From Bacilli bacterium (GTDB taxonomy: Bacteria; Bacillota_I; Bacilli_A; RFN20; CAG-826): 64,000 bases of DNA. The translations under genes were made by a program, and so were the position numbers. The notes below the pieces were generated by a model. It made no database searches. It saw only the letters and a program-made list of their open reading frames with translations, and was not told the origin of the DNA. Within the stretch, counting starts at the first letter, position 1. Every line of letters starts with the position of its first letter. The stretch spans positions 880,108 through 944,107 of the forward strand of contig JBMNLN010000001.1 of NCBI GenBank assembly GCA_050952725.1, read 5' to 3'. Below, one piece after another: positions 27,792 to 37,577 of the stretch.

Positions 27792-28235
27792 TTAGAGTTT
27801 CACTTTGGGGAAGCGGATTTGATATTCTTCTTTGGAGATTAGATGCTGGCACTTGGTAGTTACTGCTTTATAGATCTCCATCTCCGCATCCATCGGTAAA
27901 TAGCGCTCATGACCTTTACTGGTGTAGAAGAGGAGGATTTTATGCTTTTGGCTATACTCATGATCAATATAGAGAATTTCGCTGTAATAATAGACGAGGA
28001 CTTTGTTGCCCTTGTGATGAGTTAAGGCTTTCTTGCCAATTTCATACCAGTTCATTTTGATGCCGAGAATCATCGTAATCAGGGCGATAACTAGCGGAAT
28101 GCTGACAATTAAAATATCGCGACCGGTGGGCGGCCACTTATAGGAGCCAAACATCAAATAAAAAATCGTCGCCATCACCAGTCCGGCAATCGTATAGCTA
28201 GTAATTGTCTTTTTGGCAGAAGCGAAAACTTTCAT
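27792..28235 (-). CDS. small membrane protein, bacterial PH-domain (bPH_2/YdbS-like) type
   Basis: 147 aa with two N-terminal TM helices followed by a soluble beta-rich domain (KVLVYYYSEILYIDHEY...), matching the bPH_2 architecture. It is divergent from the jet operon. Confidence 0.4.
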   Translation of the reverse strand: MKVFASAKKTITSYTIAGLVMATIFYLMFGSYKWPPTGRDILIVSIPLVIALITMILGIKMNWYEIGKKALTHHKGNKVLVYYYSEILYIDHEYSQKHKILLFYTSKGHERYLPMDAEMEIYKAVTTKCQHLISKEEYQIRFPKVKL

Positions 28236-28291
28236 GTTTCAAGTATAGCAATAAGGTGGGGAGAATGCACGATTTTTAGGCTTTTACCCCT

Positions 28292-28320
28292 TTAAGAACA
28301 GCCTGTTTATATGGTAAAAT
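28292..28320 (+). promoter_or_regulatory. putative sigma-A promoter of the jetABC-like operon
   Basis: TTAAGA-17 nt-TGgTAAAAT (extended -10), about 30 nt upstream of the GGAGGAGG RBS and the ATG at 28349. Confidence 0.35.
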
Positions 28321-28348
28321 AACAGTGTTTGTTGGAGGAGGAAAAAAA

Positions 28349-29782
28349 ATGAGTCTGTTTACGATTATACCCGAAAACTTTTTTTCCGTTTTAGCCTCCC
28401 CCAATCGCGCGATTTACGCCGATGCCCTCCTCGTCCTTTATCAAGCGCTGGCGACCGATGAGTTGACGATTAAGAAAAGCGATTATCTGCGCACCTTAAA
28501 AGATAAAGCCACCAATGAGATTCTCCTGTTTGATTTAGCCGCTGATGGCGAAGTCGAAGATGAAGAAGAAATGAGCCAAGTCTCCAGCCAGACCTTAACT
28601 TATAAAACTTCGGCTATTATCCGCCGCTTAGAAGAAACCGGCTGGATCGATATACAAATTGATCCCAATGACTTTGAAGAATATATCGCGCTCCCTTCCT
28701 ATGCGATCTCCTTTTTGCAATTGCTCGATGAAATCATCTCCAAACGCGAGGGGACTTATGTCTCCTTAGTCCACGCGACATATAGCGAGTTGCGCCTCGA
28801 AGATGATGATCCAGATGAATTCATGTATGCGACGCTGATGCGCGCTTACGAGAATACACGGGAACTGCGGACGGAACTGGTGACTTTGGGACATTCGATT
28901 CGCATCTTCCAAAATCGCTTAGGGCGGGTCTTCTCCACCAACTCGATTCTCCGGGATTATTTTGATAATTACAAAGAGCATGTCTCAGATCGTTATTACC
29001 ATCCATTGAAAACTTTTGACTCGGTCGCCAAATTTAAACGGCCGATTATCACGATTTTGCAACGCTGGCTCCGCGATGAAGAAATCCGCGCTTTACTCGT
29101 TAACCAAGCGATGATTTACACGCGGAAAAAAGATGCGCTTGAAGTCGAACGCGACTTAATCGAAAAGATCAACTACATCTGCGATATGTATGAGACTCTC
29201 AATGAGATGATCAATCAAATCGATGACAAACATCGCGAATATACCAAAGCCTCGGCGAGTAAAATTTTATATTTAAACGCCCAGGATAAGACGATTAAAG
29301 GACATCTGGATAATATTTTCCGCTACTACGCGGAAGGAGTTTTAACTGGTTCAGGGATTATTCCGATTTTGCGCCAGATGCAAGAGGCGGTGATCTTAAA
29401 TCAACAAGGAATGGTCGATAGTGATTCGATTACCTTGCCGATCGTGCGCCGTTACCGCCAAGAGAGCGAACCTTTGGCAATTATCGACTTCGGTGATGTC
29501 TCGGAGATGTTAATGCGCGGATTTCTCGATGAGACGCGCAATATTTTCACCGATGAGCGGGTTTATAGTTTTATGGAAACCGCCTTTGGCGATGCTTCCG
29601 AGATGAAGATTGAAGAGATTCCCTTGCCGGATTTTGACGCGTTTATCCTCTTGATTCTGGCTTCGCTTAAAACCAATGATGAACATTGTTTTTATACAAT
29701 TGATATGGAGGAGGGCAATGTGCTTTCCCAAGGCTATTCTCTCCCGCGCTTTACTTTTAAACGAAAGGAATTGGAAGTTTAA
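28349..29782 (+). CDS. JetA/MksF-like (DUF3375-type kleisin-like) subunit
   Basis: 485 aa, the typical DUF3375 length. The N-terminus (LASPNRAIYADALLVLYQAL) fits the family pattern. It is the first gene of a tightly coupled F-E-B-ordered operon with a MukB-type ATPase. Confidence 0.55.
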   Translation: MSLFTIIPENFFSVLASPNRAIYADALLVLYQALATDELTIKKSDYLRTLKDKATNEILLFDLAADGEVEDEEEMSQVSSQTLTYKTSAIIRRLEETGWIDIQIDPNDFEEYIALPSYAISFLQLLDEIISKREGTYVSLVHATYSELRLEDDDPDEFMYATLMRAYENTRELRTELVTLGHSIRIFQNRLGRVFSTNSILRDYFDNYKEHVSDRYYHPLKTFDSVAKFKRPIITILQRWLRDEEIRALLVNQAMIYTRKKDALEVERDLIEKINYICDMYETLNEMINQIDDKHREYTKASASKILYLNAQDKTIKGHLDNIFRYYAEGVLTGSGIIPILRQMQEAVILNQQGMVDSDSITLPIVRRYRQESEPLAIIDFGDVSEMLMRGFLDETRNIFTDERVYSFMETAFGDASEMKIEEIPLPDFDAFILLILASLKTNDEHCFYTIDMEEGNVLSQGYSLPRFTFKRKELEV

Positions 29783-29784
29783 TT

Positions 29785-30414
29785 ATGTTTGAAGAAGAAT
29801 TTGCTGCCTTACCCCGAAGTGAACAAGACCAATTTGCTGCGGTAGTTAATAGTTTACTCTCGAGCTCTTTTATCGTCCGCGACTTGTTTGACCGGCGCGA
29901 AAAGACGATGAAGATCAACCCCCAATTTCGCTTTTTAGAACGTTACTATGATTTGGTCAATAGTTATTTAGCCTATGCTGGCTGGGAAATGGAGCGCGAT
30001 TTAATCAATGGGGTCTTTGCCATCTACAATACCTATGAGCAAAATCGGTACCGTCTCGACCGCGAGACCTCGTTAATCGCTTTTGTCCTACGTTTGATTT
30101 ATGAGAGCGAGAAAAGCGAAAGCAGCCAAACGGGCGAGTCGATTTATGTGACTACCCCCACGGTGGTTAAAGTGATGCTTGACCGGGGAATTACCCTGCC
30201 TGGAAGAAGGCTTTCAGGGCGCTTAATCGGTCGGGCTTTACGGGAATTAAATCGCTTTAATATCATCGCCCGCGTCAGCGGTTCTTTCGATGAGGGCAAT
30301 GTGGCTTTTTATATCACCCCGGCAATTATCTACGCGATTGATAATGATAAGATCGCCGCGATGTCCAGCGCTCTTGATGAACTCGCCGCTCGCGAAGGAG
30401 GAAGTGCAGCATGA
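29785..30414 (+). CDS. JetB/MksE-like (DUF4194-type KITE) subunit
   Basis: 209 aa. It starts 2 nt after the upstream stop and overlaps the downstream ATPase gene by 4 nt (ATGA). The size and position match MksE/JetB. Confidence 0.5.
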   Translation: MFEEEFAALPRSEQDQFAAVVNSLLSSSFIVRDLFDRREKTMKINPQFRFLERYYDLVNSYLAYAGWEMERDLINGVFAIYNTYEQNRYRLDRETSLIAFVLRLIYESEKSESSQTGESIYVTTPTVVKVMLDRGITLPGRRLSGRLIGRALRELNRFNIIARVSGSFDEGNVAFYITPAIIYAIDNDKIAAMSSALDELAAREGGSAA

Positions 30415-33400
30415 AACTCTTAAAACGCGCGAAAGTGATCAATTGGCACTATTTTTGGAATGAGTTAATCAACTTTGAACAAATCGTCTTTTTAACCGGA
30501 TTAAATGCCTCAGGAAAATCGACATTAATCGATGCTTTACAGGTGATTCTCTTAGGCGATACCAGCGGTCGCTTTTTCAATAAAGCGGCGATGGATAAAT
30601 CCAATCGGACTTTAAAAGGTTATCTCCGGGGAGAACTCGGCGATAATATCGAAGGCGGCTTTCATTATCTGCGCAATGGGCGCTTTACTTCCTATTTAGC
30701 CTTAGAATTCTTCGACGATAAAACCGCGCAATCCTTTACGGTCGGAGCGGTTTTTGATGTCTATGAGGATGGCGGGGTCGATCATCGCTTTTTTAATCTC
30801 GATCAGCGGATTCCCGAAAATGAATTCATCCTCGATAATGTCCCGATGGATTACAAGACTTTAGCAGCTTACTTGGGCGAGCATTATCCCGGCCAATTCA
30901 CTTTCTTTGATTCTAATCGCCAGTATCAAGACTTTATTAAACGCCGTTTCGGCGGCTTAAAGGATAAGTATTTCTCCCTGTTGAAAAAATCGGTCTCCTT
31001 TACCCCGATTACCGATATCACCACCTTTATTACCGAATATGTCTGCGATCCGCAGACCAACGTCGATATCATTCCGATGCAGGAGAATATCCTCCAATAT
31101 AAACGTCTGGAAAACGAAGCCTTAATCATGAAAGCTCGCCTCGAGCGCCTGCAAGAAATCAGTGAGACCTTCACTTTGTTTCAACGGCAACAAGAGCAGA
31201 TGCAAGTCGCCGCTTATCAGGTGGAAAAGGCTGGCTATCACAACGATAAACAGCGACTCGATTCCTATTATGAGCAAATTCGTTTAGCCAAGAGTCGCTT
31301 GATTAACATTGATGTCGACTTAGCGGAAACCGAAAAGTTAATCGCCGATTTAAATCGGAAGAAAACTCGTTATATTCAAGATAAAGCGAATTCTGATACT
31401 TATCGCTTAACCGATGAATTGACGGAACAAAAAGCGGAGGCCGAACAAAAAATCGCCGAACTTTTACAAGCGAAAACCCTAATCAAGCAAAACTTAAACG
31501 GCTATTTGGCGAACTTCATCGCCGTCGCTCAAAGCGTGATTGATACATTAGGTGATTTTAAGACCGAACATTTAGACGCTGACCAGCGCGAGGATTTTCG
31601 CCTCCTACAAGAAAGCGCCTTCAAGGTTTTAAATCTTTCGATGAAACTCCGCGATCAATATCTCGAGACCTTAGAGAATCTGCTCGCGGATGAGCTTTTA
31701 GCCTGGCGTGATGCCCTTTCCCTTTTTCAACAACATCTCGCCGCCCTTTCCCTCTCCTTAGGCAAGGGGATTACCAAACGCGAACAACTCCTAGCCGTGC
31801 TTAAACAACAAGAAGTCGATATGCATGCGGGGGGCAAATCCTATGAATGGAAACTCTCGGCGATTCGCCGCAGCCTACAAGATGAATTAACCCGTCGGCA
31901 TGGAACCGAAGTTTCGGTGATGATCTTCGCTGACTTATGCGATATTAAAACTCCGAAATGGGTCAATGCGATTGAGGGTTATCTCTATAATCAAAAATTC
32001 CATTTCTTTGTCGATCCTGTCTATTATATGGAAACTTATGGAATTCTTCGCGACCTGCTGGATAAACATGAGTACTATGGCTTAAATTTAGTCGATCAAG
32101 ACCGCATCATCGAACGGAACTTCATCGCCGAGCCAGGTTCGCTGGCCGAGGAGATTGTCACCGATCATCTCGGGGCGCGCGCCTATGCCAACTTCTTAAT
32201 CGGGCGCTTGCGCAAATGCCAAAATCTCAATGAGGCTCGTAACTCCGGTCATGGGATTACCGCCGAGGGCGACCTCTATCGCAACTTCGGGTTTGGCAAA
32301 ATCAATCCCCGGCTTTATCGCGAACATGTGATCGGGCGCAGCGTGGGCAGCGAACAAATCGCCGCCAAACAAGCCGAAATCGCCCTTAGTCAAAGCCTGC
32401 TCGCGTCCTTGCGTGTTCTCCATAGCAAAGTTACCGATGCTAGCCAATTGGAGATTATCAATACCAACGAGATTAACAGTATTGTCAATACCCTTGGCAA
32501 ACTGCAAACCCTACCGGGCTTAGAAAAAACGGTGGCTTACTTAAAAGAAGAACTCTCCAAGCACGATTTGACCCAACTTGAATCTTTGCAAAAACGCATC
32601 GAGGCAATCGATGAGGATTTAAAGGATTTAGAAGGAGAAAGAGCTTCGTTCTTTGAAGAAAAAGGCCGGCTGAACACTTCGATTCAAACTTTAAAAGAAG
32701 AACGGATCCCCGAAGCGGAAAAAGCTTGCGATGAGAAACTCAAGAGTTTACATGAAGACTACGATGTCTTCCTCGTCAATGAGACGGCCGAACCCCTGTT
32801 TGAAAAAATGCTTCATGAAGGGAAGACGCCGCTGGAGATCATCGCCGAATACAACGTGGCTTTTACCCACGCGCAATATCTTTACAATAACTTATTCACG
32901 CAGTTGACGAAGTTGCGAAAAGATTATGTGCGCGATTATCGTCTAACTTATGAGACCGATTTACGCGATAATGCGATTTATCAAAATGAATTAAATGATA
33001 TTCGCGAAGTCCAACTGCCAGCCTATGAAGGCAAGATTCACGATGCCTATGAGAAGGCGGTCACCCAATTTAAAAATGACTTCATCGCTAAGATTCGCTC
33101 CGCGATTGAAACGGTGGAAGATCAAATTGATGAACTCAATCATGCGCTGAGTGCCTCGACTTTTGGCAATGACTCCTATCAATTTACGGTTCGTCCCTCG
33201 TCGACCTATCGGGCCTACTATGATATGATCACCGATGATTTACTCTTGGAAATCGATCAAGACGATTCCGCGTTTTTAGAAAAGTACGATCAAGTCTTAA
33301 AGGATCTATTTGCTCAAATCGCCCTGGCTGGCGATCGCGAAAACAATGCGACGATTCTAGCCAATGTCGAGAAGTTCACCGATTATCGCAATTACTTGGA

Positions 33401-33794
33401 CTTCGACTTAGTCGTCAAAGATAAAGCGGGTAACGAACAACGGCTCTCGAAGATGATTAAAAAGAAATCGGGTGGGGAAACGCAAACCCCGTTCTACATC
33501 TCGGTTCTAGCATCGTTTGCGCAACTCTATAATGTCAATGATACCGGTGAATTATCGAATACCATTCGCCTGATTATCTTCGATGAAGCGTTCTCGAAGA
33601 TGGACTCGGGGCGGATTCGCGAATCGATTCGCTTGCTGAGAAAATTCGGGTTACAAGCGATTGTCTCGGCTCCTTCCGATAAGGTGGCGGATATCTCAAA
33701 TCTCGTCGACGAAACCCTCGTCGTCTTACGGGGCAAGAACGCTTCCCACGTTCGCCTCTATGCCGAAGCGGATAAAATCACCGCTGAATTATAA
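30411..33794 (+). CDS. JetC/MksB/MukB-type SMC-like ABC ATPase
   Basis: N-terminus MKLLKRAKVINWHYFWNELINFEQIVFLTGLNASGKSTLIDALQVILLGD matches the MukB/MksB head (INWxxF ... G.NGSGKST..DA). Long E/K/L/Q-rich coiled coils flank a central non-coil hinge (~31900-32340). A C-terminal signature-like KSGGET (33465-33482) and Walker B LIIFDEAF (33570-33593) are present. Length is 1127 aa. Confidence 0.75.
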   Translation: MKLLKRAKVINWHYFWNELINFEQIVFLTGLNASGKSTLIDALQVILLGDTSGRFFNKAAMDKSNRTLKGYLRGELGDNIEGGFHYLRNGRFTSYLALEFFDDKTAQSFTVGAVFDVYEDGGVDHRFFNLDQRIPENEFILDNVPMDYKTLAAYLGEHYPGQFTFFDSNRQYQDFIKRRFGGLKDKYFSLLKKSVSFTPITDITTFITEYVCDPQTNVDIIPMQENILQYKRLENEALIMKARLERLQEISETFTLFQRQQEQMQVAAYQVEKAGYHNDKQRLDSYYEQIRLAKSRLINIDVDLAETEKLIADLNRKKTRYIQDKANSDTYRLTDELTEQKAEAEQKIAELLQAKTLIKQNLNGYLANFIAVAQSVIDTLGDFKTEHLDADQREDFRLLQESAFKVLNLSMKLRDQYLETLENLLADELLAWRDALSLFQQHLAALSLSLGKGITKREQLLAVLKQQEVDMHAGGKSYEWKLSAIRRSLQDELTRRHGTEVSVMIFADLCDIKTPKWVNAIEGYLYNQKFHFFVDPVYYMETYGILRDLLDKHEYYGLNLVDQDRIIERNFIAEPGSLAEEIVTDHLGARAYANFLIGRLRKCQNLNEARNSGHGITAEGDLYRNFGFGKINPRLYREHVIGRSVGSEQIAAKQAEIALSQSLLASLRVLHSKVTDASQLEIINTNEINSIVNTLGKLQTLPGLEKTVAYLKEELSKHDLTQLESLQKRIEAIDEDLKDLEGERASFFEEKGRLNTSIQTLKEERIPEAEKACDEKLKSLHEDYDVFLVNETAEPLFEKMLHEGKTPLEIIAEYNVAFTHAQYLYNNLFTQLTKLRKDYVRDYRLTYETDLRDNAIYQNELNDIREVQLPAYEGKIHDAYEKAVTQFKNDFIAKIRSAIETVEDQIDELNHALSASTFGNDSYQFTVRPSSTYRAYYDMITDDLLLEIDQDDSAFLEKYDQVLKDLFAQIALAGDRENNATILANVEKFTDYRNYLDFDLVVKDKAGNEQRLSKMIKKKSGGETQTPFYISVLASFAQLYNVNDTGELSNTIRLIIFDEAFSKMDSGRIRESIRLLRKFGLQAIVSAPSDKVADISNLVDETLVVLRGKNASHVRLYAEADKITAEL

Positions 33795-33796
33795 AA

Positions 33797-33825
33797 AAAT
33801 GACCACATTTGTGGTCTTTTTTTCC
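33797..33825 (+). terminator. Rho-independent terminator after the jetC-like gene
   Basis: Perfect hairpin gaccacatttgtggtc followed by TTTTTTT. Confidence 0.6.
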
Positions 33826-33875
33826 AGAGAAATCTCGGAAATTATCATGAAAAAATCAAATTCAAGGAGGTACTT

Positions 33876-35009
33876 ATGGCACCAGAAAAAGAAATTGTTG
33901 CGATGTTGCTCGCGGGTGGTAAAGGCACGCGGCTTAAAGACTTGACCAAAAGAAGCGCTAAACCCGGCGTTCCTTTTGGCGGCAAGTATCGGATTATCGA
34001 TTTCCCGATGTCCAACATCGCTAACTCCGATATCAATATCGTCGGAGTGATGACTCAATACGAATCGACCTTTCTCAACTCCTATATCGGTAACGGGGAC
34101 AAATGGGGGTTGAATGGGGTGCGCTCGCTAGCGGCAACCCTGACCCCACGCCAAACCGAAGAAGGTTCGAATTGGTATATTGGCACAGCCGATGCCATCT
34201 ATCAAAATCTCAATTTCCTCGATGGCTTAAAACCCAAATATGTCTTAATTCTCTCCGGCGACCACATCTACAAGATGGATTATCGCAAGATGTTGAATAG
34301 CCACATTCAAGCCAAGGCTGATTTAACCATTGCCGTCATCGATGTTTCCTATGAGGAAGCTAGTCGCTTTGGAATTTTGGCCACGGATGCCCAAGGAATG
34401 GTCACCGCCTTTGTCGAAAAACCAAAAGTTCCCCCTTCGACTTTAGCCTCGATGGGGATTTATATCTTCGATTACGAAGTTTTACGGGCCGAATTAGTCA
34501 AAGACGCGCAAAAAGAAGATTCGCGTCATGACTTTGGCCGCGATATTATCCCGACGATGCTCAAGCAAAAAAACCGAATTCACGCCTATACTTTTAACGG
34601 GTACTGGAAAGATGTGGGCACGGTTACCTCGCTTTGGGAAGCCAATATGGACTTACTCAACCCCAAGGAATGTGAAATCGCTTGTGACATCCCCGGTTTA
34701 ACCATTTACACCGAAGATACCAAATCAGTCCCGCAATATATTGGAAAAAATGCGAAAGTGACTGATTCGATTATCAATCAAGGGGCGATTGTCCTCGGTG
34801 AAGTCGAACGTTCGATCATCTCCAATGAAGTCTTCGTCGGTGAAGATGCGGTGGTGCGCGATTCGGTGATTATGCCCGATGTGGTCATCCCCGAAGCGGT
34901 GACGATCGAATTTGCCATCGTCGATAGCGGGGCGTTACTCCACACCGGCAACAACTATATCGGCACGAGAGAAAATATCCTCCTCGTTCCGGGAAAGGAG
35001 ATTAAGTAA
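33876..35009 (+). CDS. glgC: glucose-1-phosphate adenylyltransferase
   Basis: LLAGGKGTRLKDLTKRSAKPGVPFGGKYRIIDFPMSN is the canonical GlgC N-terminus. The RBS is AAGGAGG. Confidence 0.9.
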   Translation: MAPEKEIVAMLLAGGKGTRLKDLTKRSAKPGVPFGGKYRIIDFPMSNIANSDINIVGVMTQYESTFLNSYIGNGDKWGLNGVRSLAATLTPRQTEEGSNWYIGTADAIYQNLNFLDGLKPKYVLILSGDHIYKMDYRKMLNSHIQAKADLTIAVIDVSYEEASRFGILATDAQGMVTAFVEKPKVPPSTLASMGIYIFDYEVLRAELVKDAQKEDSRHDFGRDIIPTMLKQKNRIHAYTFNGYWKDVGTVTSLWEANMDLLNPKECEIACDIPGLTIYTEDTKSVPQYIGKNAKVTDSIINQGAIVLGEVERSIISNEVFVGEDAVVRDSVIMPDVVIPEAVTIEFAIVDSGALLHTGNNYIGTRENILLVPGKEIK

Positions 35010-35011
35010 AC

Positions 35012-36133
35012 ATGGAACATCGCAAAGTCTTAGGGTTTCTTAACCTTCATCGGTCTCCCGCACTTGGAGCTCTAACCCAACATCGACCATTAGCATCCAC
35101 ATCTTTCTTAGGGCGTTACGCTTTTATGGACTTTACTTTATCGAATTTTACTAATTCCCGCATCGATGAGGTGGGGATTTTAATCGAGAGCAAACCTCGT
35201 TCGATTTTAAAACACCTCGGATCGAATAATACGTGGAACACCAATACCAAAACCGGTTTTGAAATCATCATGTATAACGAAGCGGCGATTGGCAATAAGC
35301 GCTACAATAACGACTTAGCCAATATTCGCGAAAATGATTGGGTAATGCAACGCTCAAGCGCTGATTATGTGGTGGTGGCTCCGGCTCATTTTATTATGGC
35401 AATCGATTATCGCGAAGTCTTGGCGGCTCATATCGCTGCCAAAGCTGAGATTACTTTGGTCTATCATCCCGCGACGAATGCCAAAAATCACTTCATCGGC
35501 TCCGATGTCATCACCTTGGATGAAGAAGGATTAGTCAAGGAAATCACCCCGAACAAGGGCGCGAATAACAAGGCGAATATCTCCTTAGAATCCTATGTGA
35601 TCTCTTGGGCGAAATTCGAAGAATTAATGGAAAAGGCGGCCAAGATTTCCTCGTTCTTTGGCCTGCGCGATATCATCTCTTACACGGTCGGGAGAACAGA
35701 ACGGGTACATACCTTTGCTTTTACTGGTTATGTCCGCTGCTTTGATTCATTAGAGCACTACATTGAATATTCGATGGAATTGCTCAATTACTCGGTTAGA
35801 GCCCAACTCTTTAAACCGGATTGGCCGATTTATACCGTAACCCATGATACGCCTCCAGCTCGTTACTTAGCTTCGGCGGATGTGCGCAATAGTTTTGTGG
35901 CTAATGGAGCTGATATCCAAGGCACGGTGCGCAATTCAATTCTGGCCCGGAATGTGAAAATTGGCAAAAACACCAAGGTGAACAATTCGATTATCCTCTC
36001 GGGATCAGAAATCGGTGAAGGGATTGAAATCGATCAGATGATCATCGATAAATCATGCCTGGTTCGCCACGCCAAAAGTTTAAAAGGCGAAAAAGGCAAA
36101 CCCCTTTATATCAAGCAAGGAGATAAAATTTAA
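35012..36133 (+). CDS. glgD: glucose-1-phosphate adenylyltransferase regulatory subunit
   Basis: GlgC paralog lacking the catalytic GG.G.RL motif, positioned between glgC and glgA as in Bacillota. Length is 373 aa. Confidence 0.8.
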   Translation: MEHRKVLGFLNLHRSPALGALTQHRPLASTSFLGRYAFMDFTLSNFTNSRIDEVGILIESKPRSILKHLGSNNTWNTNTKTGFEIIMYNEAAIGNKRYNNDLANIRENDWVMQRSSADYVVVAPAHFIMAIDYREVLAAHIAAKAEITLVYHPATNAKNHFIGSDVITLDEEGLVKEITPNKGANNKANISLESYVISWAKFEELMEKAAKISSFFGLRDIISYTVGRTERVHTFAFTGYVRCFDSLEHYIEYSMELLNYSVRAQLFKPDWPIYTVTHDTPPARYLASADVRNSFVANGADIQGTVRNSILARNVKIGKNTKVNNSIILSGSEIGEGIEIDQMIIDKSCLVRHAKSLKGEKGKPLYIKQGDKI

Positions 36134-37572
36134 TGCGGATTTTGATGGTGACCAGCGAGTCAAATCCTTTTGTGAAAACGGGGGGCTTAGCTGATGTGGT
36201 CTATGCGCTTAGTAAAGAAGAGGTGCTCCTCTCCCATGAAGTGAGCATTGTCTTACCACTTTATAAGTTGATTAAAGAAAAGCATAACTATCCATTAAGG
36301 GAAATGGTTCGTCTTAATATCACCTTGAGTTGGCGTAACCAAGAAGCGGTCATCTATCAAACTTTTGTCGATGGGATTACTTTTTATTTCATCGGTAATG
36401 ATTATTATTTCAACCGCGATGGCGTCTATGGACATAGTGATGATACCGAGCGCTTTGCTTTTTTCTCGCGCGCGGTCCTGTCCTTGCTAAAATATCTCAA
36501 GAAGCCTTTTGATATCATTCATCTTCACGACTGGCAACCAGGAATGTTACCCGTGCTGATTAAAGAAAATGAAAAGGGCAATCGCTTGTTTAGTAAGACG
36601 AAGTTTGTCCTCACGATTCATAACCCCGCTTTCCAAGGGATGTTTGAACCAGGATTACTTCCTGATCTATTCGAGATCGACTATCGGCTTTTTCTCGATG
36701 GCACGGTGCGCTTTGATTATGCCGCTTCTAGTTTAAAGGCGGCGATTATCTACGCGGATAAAATCACCACCGTTTCCCCAACCCATGCCAAAGAACTCTT
36801 AACTCCCGAAGGATCAAAGGGGTTAGATGCGATTATCCAATATCGAAAAGGCGATTTCATCGGGATTTTAAATGGGGTTGATTACGGTGAATTCAATCCC
36901 GAAACCGATCCTCATATCGCCCGTAATTTCACGATTCGCAACTTTATCACTGGGAAAAAAGCCTGCAAAAAAGACTTGCTTTTGCGCTTACACTTAAAAA
37001 AAGATGTCAAACCCCCGATGTTTGGCTTAGTCAGTCGTTTGACGTGGCAAAAAGGTTTAGAGTTAGCGATTGCCGGATTTGAAAACCTGCTCAAGCGGGG
37101 AGCTTACGTGGTTGTGCTTGGAAGTGGTGAACCAATCTATGAGCAAGCTCTGCAAAGTCTCCGCGACCGCTACCCCAAGCAAATGGGAATTTATATCGGC
37201 TATAGCGATGAGTTAGCCCATAAGATTTATGCGGGTTGTGATTTCTTTGTCATGCCTTCGCTTTTTGAACCATGCGGTATTGGGCAAATGCTCGCTCAAC
37301 GTTACGGAACGCTGCCCATCGTGCGGCAAACGGGGGGACTTTGTGACTCGGTCATCATTTACAACGGGGAAAATCTCGATCAGGCCAATGGCTTTGGATT
37401 TGACGCATTTAGTTCAGAGTGGATGATTCGCACCTTAGAATTTGCCTATGAAATCTATCATGACCGCGAGCTTTTCCGACGTTTAATTCGCAATGCCTTA
37501 AAAACTAATAACACTTGGAGAAAGTCCGCAAAAAAATATTTGGAAGTTTATCAATTAGCCTTAAGGGGTTAA
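36133..37572 (+). CDS. glgA: glycogen synthase (ADP-glucose type)
   Basis: MRILMVTSESNPFVKTGGLADVVYALSKE (KTGGL motif) and the GT-B fold pattern. Length is 479 aa. Confidence 0.9.
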   Translation: MRILMVTSESNPFVKTGGLADVVYALSKEEVLLSHEVSIVLPLYKLIKEKHNYPLREMVRLNITLSWRNQEAVIYQTFVDGITFYFIGNDYYFNRDGVYGHSDDTERFAFFSRAVLSLLKYLKKPFDIIHLHDWQPGMLPVLIKENEKGNRLFSKTKFVLTIHNPAFQGMFEPGLLPDLFEIDYRLFLDGTVRFDYAASSLKAAIIYADKITTVSPTHAKELLTPEGSKGLDAIIQYRKGDFIGILNGVDYGEFNPETDPHIARNFTIRNFITGKKACKKDLLLRLHLKKDVKPPMFGLVSRLTWQKGLELAIAGFENLLKRGAYVVVLGSGEPIYEQALQSLRDRYPKQMGIYIGYSDELAHKIYAGCDFFVMPSLFEPCGIGQMLAQRYGTLPIVRQTGGLCDSVIIYNGENLDQANGFGFDAFSSEWMIRTLEFAYEIYHDRELFRRLIRNALKTNNTWRKSAKKYLEVYQLALRG

Positions 37573-37577
37573 AAAAT

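Noticed and set aside
28349-33794. Reading the three-gene operon as a Lamassu, DndD, SbcCD or RecN-type system instead of Mks/Wadjet.
   Set aside because: The INWHYF...GLNASGKST head, the 1100+ aa length with a central hinge, and the two upstream partners of ~485 and ~209 aa in F-E-B order fit the MukBEF/MksBEF/JetABC arrangement best. SbcC would pair with an SbcD phosphoesterase and Lamassu with a small LmuA effector. Neither is present.
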